A stretch of DNA of 64,000 nt from an uncultured virus (IMG/VR IMGVR_UViG_3300050821_024078). Taxonomy: Duplodnaviria > Heunggongvirae > Uroviricota > Caudoviricetes. The translations under genes were made by a program, and so were the position numbers. Shown here one piece after another: positions 59,867 through 64,000 of this stretch (positions are counted from its first letter, which is position 1; every line of letters starts with the position of its first letter). A model generated the notes under the pieces. It worked only from the letters and a program-made list of their open reading frames with translations, was not told where the DNA came from and made no database searches. Where the stretch lies: IMG/VR virus record IMGVR_UViG_3300050821_024078; one strand, written 5' to 3'.

Positions 59867-60353
59867 ATAAATAATTTTTATTATGATTATCTCTTATGTT
59901 TTTAAGATCTTTCCAAATAAATTTTAGTTTGTTTTTACTTAAGTCTTTGTTAGTAGCCTTCTTTAGTTGTGTTTTTGAATAACTATAATATTGGTCTTCA
60001 AACTTTTCATTTAGAAGAGCTCCATGAAGTAAATACTCGGCATATCTTATATCCTTTGAGTCAGTTGATATAGTTTTTATAAATTTATATGTTAAATATC
60101 TAGACTTCATCTCTTCAAAATAGAGAATTACTGGAAAGTTATTATTATCATAGTCAAAAGACTCTTCAAATCCTAAATTGGGTTTTTCTTTAAATGATGA
60201 TACTATCCAGTGAGCAAATTCATGAATTAATTCAGTATAATGTTTATAATATATGTTTTCGGAATCTTGATGAAATATTTTCTCACTGTTATATACAGGA
60301 TTCTTTTTTGTTATATCTTTAACTATTTGACAAACTTTTTCTTCTAAATTCAT
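59847..60353 (-). CDS. hypothetical protein with an HExxH motif
   Basis: LIHEFAHWIV...PNLG. Confidence 0.6.
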   Translation of the reverse strand: MNLEEKVCQIVKDITKKNPVYNSEKIFHQDSENIYYKHYTELIHEFAHWIVSSFKEKPNLGFEESFDYDNNNFPVILYFEEMKSRYLTYKFIKTISTDSKDIRYAEYLLHGALLNEKFEDQYYSYSKTQLKKATNKDLSKNKLKFIWKDLKNIRDNHNKNYLYENRNP

Positions 60354-60412
60354 AAATTTAATATTAAACAAAAAGGCGGTTTTACCCGCCTTTAAACTAT
60401 ATCAATTACTAA

Positions 60413-61603
60413 TTATCTTAATGTTTTAGGATTAAGATTTGCAAGCAATTCAGATTTACCGGAGCTACCTTTTTCTAGTTTTTCAATAGCTTTAGCACCT
60501 ACTTCAGTAAGTCTAGCCATTTTATCCATATTATCTTTCATTTGTGGAAGAGCACTTCTACGGAATTCATCATAATCATTGATGGCTCCAATAGTATCAT
60601 CCCAAGCTTGTTGAAGAACATTGATATCAAGTGTAGTATTTACAGCTTGTTTTTGAATTTCACCACCTTGGATTCTTAGATTCTTGGCTGTTTCTGCAAT
60701 AAGACTATTCGTTGTTGCATTCAATTCGTTAATACAATCAAGAACCAATTTTTGTTTACCAAGTGATAAAGCAACAGTGATAGCAATTCTTAAAGCATGT
60801 ACAGTAGTACTTTTCGCTCTTTCAACACCACGAATAAGTTCTCTGTTATTACGAATTATCATTTCCATAGCTGCTATACCTTGCATAGTTACAACTAAAG
60901 TTTGTTGTAAATCATTTATACGTTGAACCAAAGGAAATATTAATTCATCAGCGATAAATTTTGATTTTTCTTCATCACCTTTAAAATCTCTTTCTAGTTT
61001 ATATTCTAGTTTCTGTTTAAGAACCATACCAAGCTTAACGGTTTCTCTTAACTCTTCCATGTCTTTTAACATGGTTTGCTTGTCCTGACTTAGTATGATA
61101 TTATCGTTTTGAAGTTTTCTTGAGCCTTCATCAAGAGAATCAATAATTTCTGAAATTACAGATTCGCTGGTTCTGTATTTGTCGAAATACCTCTGCATTT
61201 TATTTCCTACAAAAGGTAGCTTTTGTATAATTCTGGAGAAGAATGATCCTGGGTTATTTAAATCATAATGATTAGGATTCAAATCGTCAACACGATTCTT
61301 AAGATTTAATATAGTGTTTGCTATAGGTCCTCCGTCCTCACCTTTTTTGATAAGATCGTTAATAGGATCTTTAAGCATTTCGCTTTTATTTACGATTCTT
61401 CTTGCTACACCGGAACCCATTTGATCTATAGAAGCATTTCTTAAACTAGATTCTGTTTTTGGATCTAGTATGGCCTCCAAGAATTTATCTGCCTTCGCTT
61501 CTAATTCAGGATTTATTTGTGTAATATCTACTACATCGGTCAATTGTAAGTCCTGAATAACACTTTTTTCGGAACTTAGAATAGGTTTTGTTACTACTGT
61601 CAT
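60413..61603 (-). CDS. toxic anion resistance protein (TelA family)
   Basis: KLPFVG...YFDKY, LVQRINDL, NNRELIRGVERA. Confidence 0.85.
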   Translation of the reverse strand: MTVVTKPILSSEKSVIQDLQLTDVVDITQINPELEAKADKFLEAILDPKTESSLRNASIDQMGSGVARRIVNKSEMLKDPINDLIKKGEDGGPIANTILNLKNRVDDLNPNHYDLNNPGSFFSRIIQKLPFVGNKMQRYFDKYRTSESVISEIIDSLDEGSRKLQNDNIILSQDKQTMLKDMEELRETVKLGMVLKQKLEYKLERDFKGDEEKSKFIADELIFPLVQRINDLQQTLVVTMQGIAAMEMIIRNNRELIRGVERAKSTTVHALRIAITVALSLGKQKLVLDCINELNATTNSLIAETAKNLRIQGGEIQKQAVNTTLDINVLQQAWDDTIGAINDYDEFRRSALPQMKDNMDKMARLTEVGAKAIEKLEKGSSGKSELLANLNPKTLR

Positions 61604-61607
61604 AAAA

Positions 61608-63395
61608 TTATTTGTTATTTAAAGGTTTACCTGTTAATTCACTTGATTTTAAAGCTTTTTCTTTCAAAAGTTCCATAGCCTCTTTGATCATATCGTCAGA
61701 CATATCATCACTATGTTTTATCTGAGATAGGCTTACTGTTGTATCTAATATAGAGTTTATAATTTGTTCATTTTCAACAAATAAATCTTCTACCATTTTG
61801 GATGTTGATTCACGCATTTTTTTACGTTTCTTCAATTCTTCCATTTCAGCTTTTACTGTACGACCCTCCATATTCTCAAGACTATTGAGACGTTCTGTAA
61901 TTTCATTTACTTCGATTACGCCTGTTGTCTGTAATAATGCTTTGATTTTGTTGAGATTATCTATACCACCTTCATATAAATCTTTCGCTATATGTAAATA
62001 ACTTGTATAAGCCTTTTCGTCTATTTCAAATTTATTACCAAGCATGGCTGTAAGGCCACTAAATGCTGTATAAAGCTCTTTTAATTGCCCCGCACCTTTT
62101 TGTGTACCTTGTGCTTCTAAATCTCTTCCGAGTTCATGTAGGTTCGTAGGAAGTTTGCTTAAAATACTTTTTATTATGTTGGATTTATCCATTTTAGGGA
62201 TTTCAAGAATACCAGCATATATAATAGCAAAACCATCTTCTATTGTATAGAATATTGGATGAGGTGCTGTAGAATATTCTTCATAATTAAGAACAAATTC
62301 TGGAAAATTACTTATTTCAAATGTGTTTTCGTGACAGAGTACATTTCCAGATAAACCACTATCTATGATTTTTGTTAGATTATCCAAACTCTCTTTACTT
62401 GCTTGAATATATTTTACACCACATTTAACACTACCATAACTTTCTCTATTTGGAAATAATGTTGTCTTTAATTGTTTAAGTGTATATTTAGTACTAAATG
62501 CTCCGGTACGGATATTTGTTTTAGCAGGCCAGCTCACCACAATACTTTTTACCATATGAAATAACCAAGGTAAAAAGAAAGCCATAGTAATAAGTCCTAA
62601 TACACAACTAATAGCTATTGCATGATATTTATCAACCTCTTCTGAACGATATTCTTTTTGTTTCATTAATTTAGCTATTTCATCTTTTCTAATAGCATCA
62701 GTTAATATTTTTTCAGAATTATAAGATGTTGTTTTATTCATTGTATCACGGTAATACGCTATTTTATTGTCTATTAAGCCACCAATTGAACAATTACATG
62801 TATCTTCAGAATCCTTTACATACTCTTTAACACCAACGGAATTTAAAGTTGCTATATTTTGATTTGAACTAATGATAGAACTTATAGCCCAAATACTCAA
62901 AACCCCGAAAACAAATGTGAACATTAAGTTTACAACAAAATTATCATGAAGTTCGAAATTTCTAAATCTTTTGAAGAAAGGTGTAGGATTTTTTTCACGA
63001 TCAATTACCTGAAAAGCTTTATCACAAGCTACTATACCTTCTTTGGTATGATTTACAAAGCTATACCACATTACATGCTTTTTGAAATCGTATAATGTGT
63101 TTTGTAAAACAACCAATTGAGGTTTTACATTTGTTTTTCTGTAAAAACTATTGTATACTCTTTCTCTGTTTTTTTCAACTACTGTTTTAACCTTTTCTTT
63201 CTCTGTTTCAGCCCACTTATCTTGAGCATCTAAAGCTTCATTTGTTTCTTTTTCGAAACCTTTAGATTCAGAACGTATTCTTTTTTTGTTTTTCTCAACT
63301 TTCTCATTAATATAGGCTAATTGAGCATCTTGGTTCTTTTGTTCGAAACTATTTAGAATTTCGTGAAAGTTATCTGATAATAATTTATTTTCCAT
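61608..63395 (-). CDS. 2-TM membrane protein with a C-terminal helical domain, TelA-associated
   Basis: two TM segments and coiled coils; directly upstream of the TelA gene. Confidence 0.65.
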   Translation of the reverse strand: MENKLLSDNFHEILNSFEQKNQDAQLAYINEKVEKNKKRIRSESKGFEKETNEALDAQDKWAETEKEKVKTVVEKNRERVYNSFYRKTNVKPQLVVLQNTLYDFKKHVMWYSFVNHTKEGIVACDKAFQVIDREKNPTPFFKRFRNFELHDNFVVNLMFTFVFGVLSIWAISSIISSNQNIATLNSVGVKEYVKDSEDTCNCSIGGLIDNKIAYYRDTMNKTTSYNSEKILTDAIRKDEIAKLMKQKEYRSEEVDKYHAIAISCVLGLITMAFFLPWLFHMVKSIVVSWPAKTNIRTGAFSTKYTLKQLKTTLFPNRESYGSVKCGVKYIQASKESLDNLTKIIDSGLSGNVLCHENTFEISNFPEFVLNYEEYSTAPHPIFYTIEDGFAIIYAGILEIPKMDKSNIIKSILSKLPTNLHELGRDLEAQGTQKGAGQLKELYTAFSGLTAMLGNKFEIDEKAYTSYLHIAKDLYEGGIDNLNKIKALLQTTGVIEVNEITERLNSLENMEGRTVKAEMEELKKRKKMRESTSKMVEDLFVENEQIINSILDTTVSLSQIKHSDDMSDDMIKEAMELLKEKALKSSELTGKPLNNK

Positions 63396-63513
63396 TATTT
63401 ACTTTATAAAGCTTTTCGACTTAATTATATGCAAAAATAGTAAAAATTTTTAGACAATGAATAGTTTATCCAAAAATATTTTTTAATTTTGTTAAAACTA
63501 ATAAAATATTTAG

Positions 63514-64000
63514 ATGAGTGAATTGAAACTGGCTGTTGATGCTGTTGTTTTCGGCTATAATGATGCTGGCTTACATGTTTTACTTATAAAAAGGGGTATT
63601 GAACCATTTAAAGATATTTGGGCTATTCCTGGAGGATTCGCTCAGGTTGATGAGACACTTGAAGAGACCGTAAAAAGAGAACTTAATGAGGAAGCTGGTA
63701 TAACAAATGTTTTTCTGGAACAATTATACACATTTTCGGATATTAGCCGGGATCCCAGAGGTAGAGTTATCTCAGCTGCTTATTACTGTTTAGTATCACC
63801 AAAAGAGCACAGGATTAAAGCTTCAACTGATGCTAAAGATGTGGCCTGGTTTCCTATTAAAGAGTTACCAGAACTTGCTTTTGATCATAAAGATATCATT
63901 AAAGTCGCTTTTGAAAGACTAAAAGGTAAAATAAAATATCAACCGGTTGGATTTGAATTAATGCCTAATAAGTTTACTATAAAAGAGCTGAGGTTGTTAT
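63514..64000 (+). CDS. NrtR-like Nudix hydrolase/regulator (truncated by the window end)
   Basis: AVDAVVFGY...VLLIKR...WAIPGGF...RELNEEAG...LEQLYTF...RDPRGRV...LAFDH. Confidence 0.85.
   Translation, partial: MSELKLAVDAVVFGYNDAGLHVLLIKRGIEPFKDIWAIPGGFAQVDETLEETVKRELNEEAGITNVFLEQLYTFSDISRDPRGRVISAAYYCLVSPKEHRIKASTDAKDVAWFPIKELPELAFDHKDIIKVAFERLKGKIKYQPVGFELMPNKFTIKELRLL

Noticed and set aside
2040..62001. Antisense or shadow ORFs (e.g. 2040-2222, 3574-3870, 4384-4632, 19610-19972, 24920-25309, 45811-46158, 59031-59507, 61798-62001)
   Set aside because: They overlap well-supported genes or tRNAs and show no recognisable motifs
1..64000. Genome-wide UGA reassignment (code 4/25)
   Set aside because: Long genes are intact in code 11, Trp is TGG, and TGA ends genes right before the next start (44813-44815, 55820-55822, ATGA at 55566-55569)
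1..64000. Bacterial chromosome segment
   Set aside because: Housekeeping-like genes are isolated among many short unknown ORFs, with T4-type topoisomerase subunits and homing nucleases; a jumbo phage fits better, although no capsid or terminase gene is in the window

Overview
AT-rich, gene-dense segment that reads best as part of a very large (jumbo) phage genome infecting a Bacteroidota host. Evidence: T4-type topoisomerase II subunits, homing-type endonucleases, many short hypothetical ORFs, scattered host-like genes, and TAnnTTTG promoter motifs. It carries a translation/RNA-repair toolkit (RtcB, KptA/Tpt1, CCA-adding enzyme, MetRS, GluRS, three tRNAs, tmRNA, an RF1-like release factor), metabolic genes (adk, prs, ald, SpeE-like, Nudix), glycosyltransferases and membrane-stress-type genes (DUF350/DUF2617, TelA, YccA). 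The most unusual features are: (1) an orphan 6-repeat CRISPR array with type VI-B-like 36-nt repeats whose end repeat is also coding sequence for a small antisense gene; (2) an RF1-like gene interrupted by two in-frame UGA codons in an otherwise code-11 genome; (3) a tRNA-like RNA with a 132-nt insert in its variable arm, directly behind a leader-peptide/terminator unit; (4) an IS1595-type MITE and a mini-intein in the topoisomerase TOPRIM motif. All family calls come from motifs read by eye; no searches were run.
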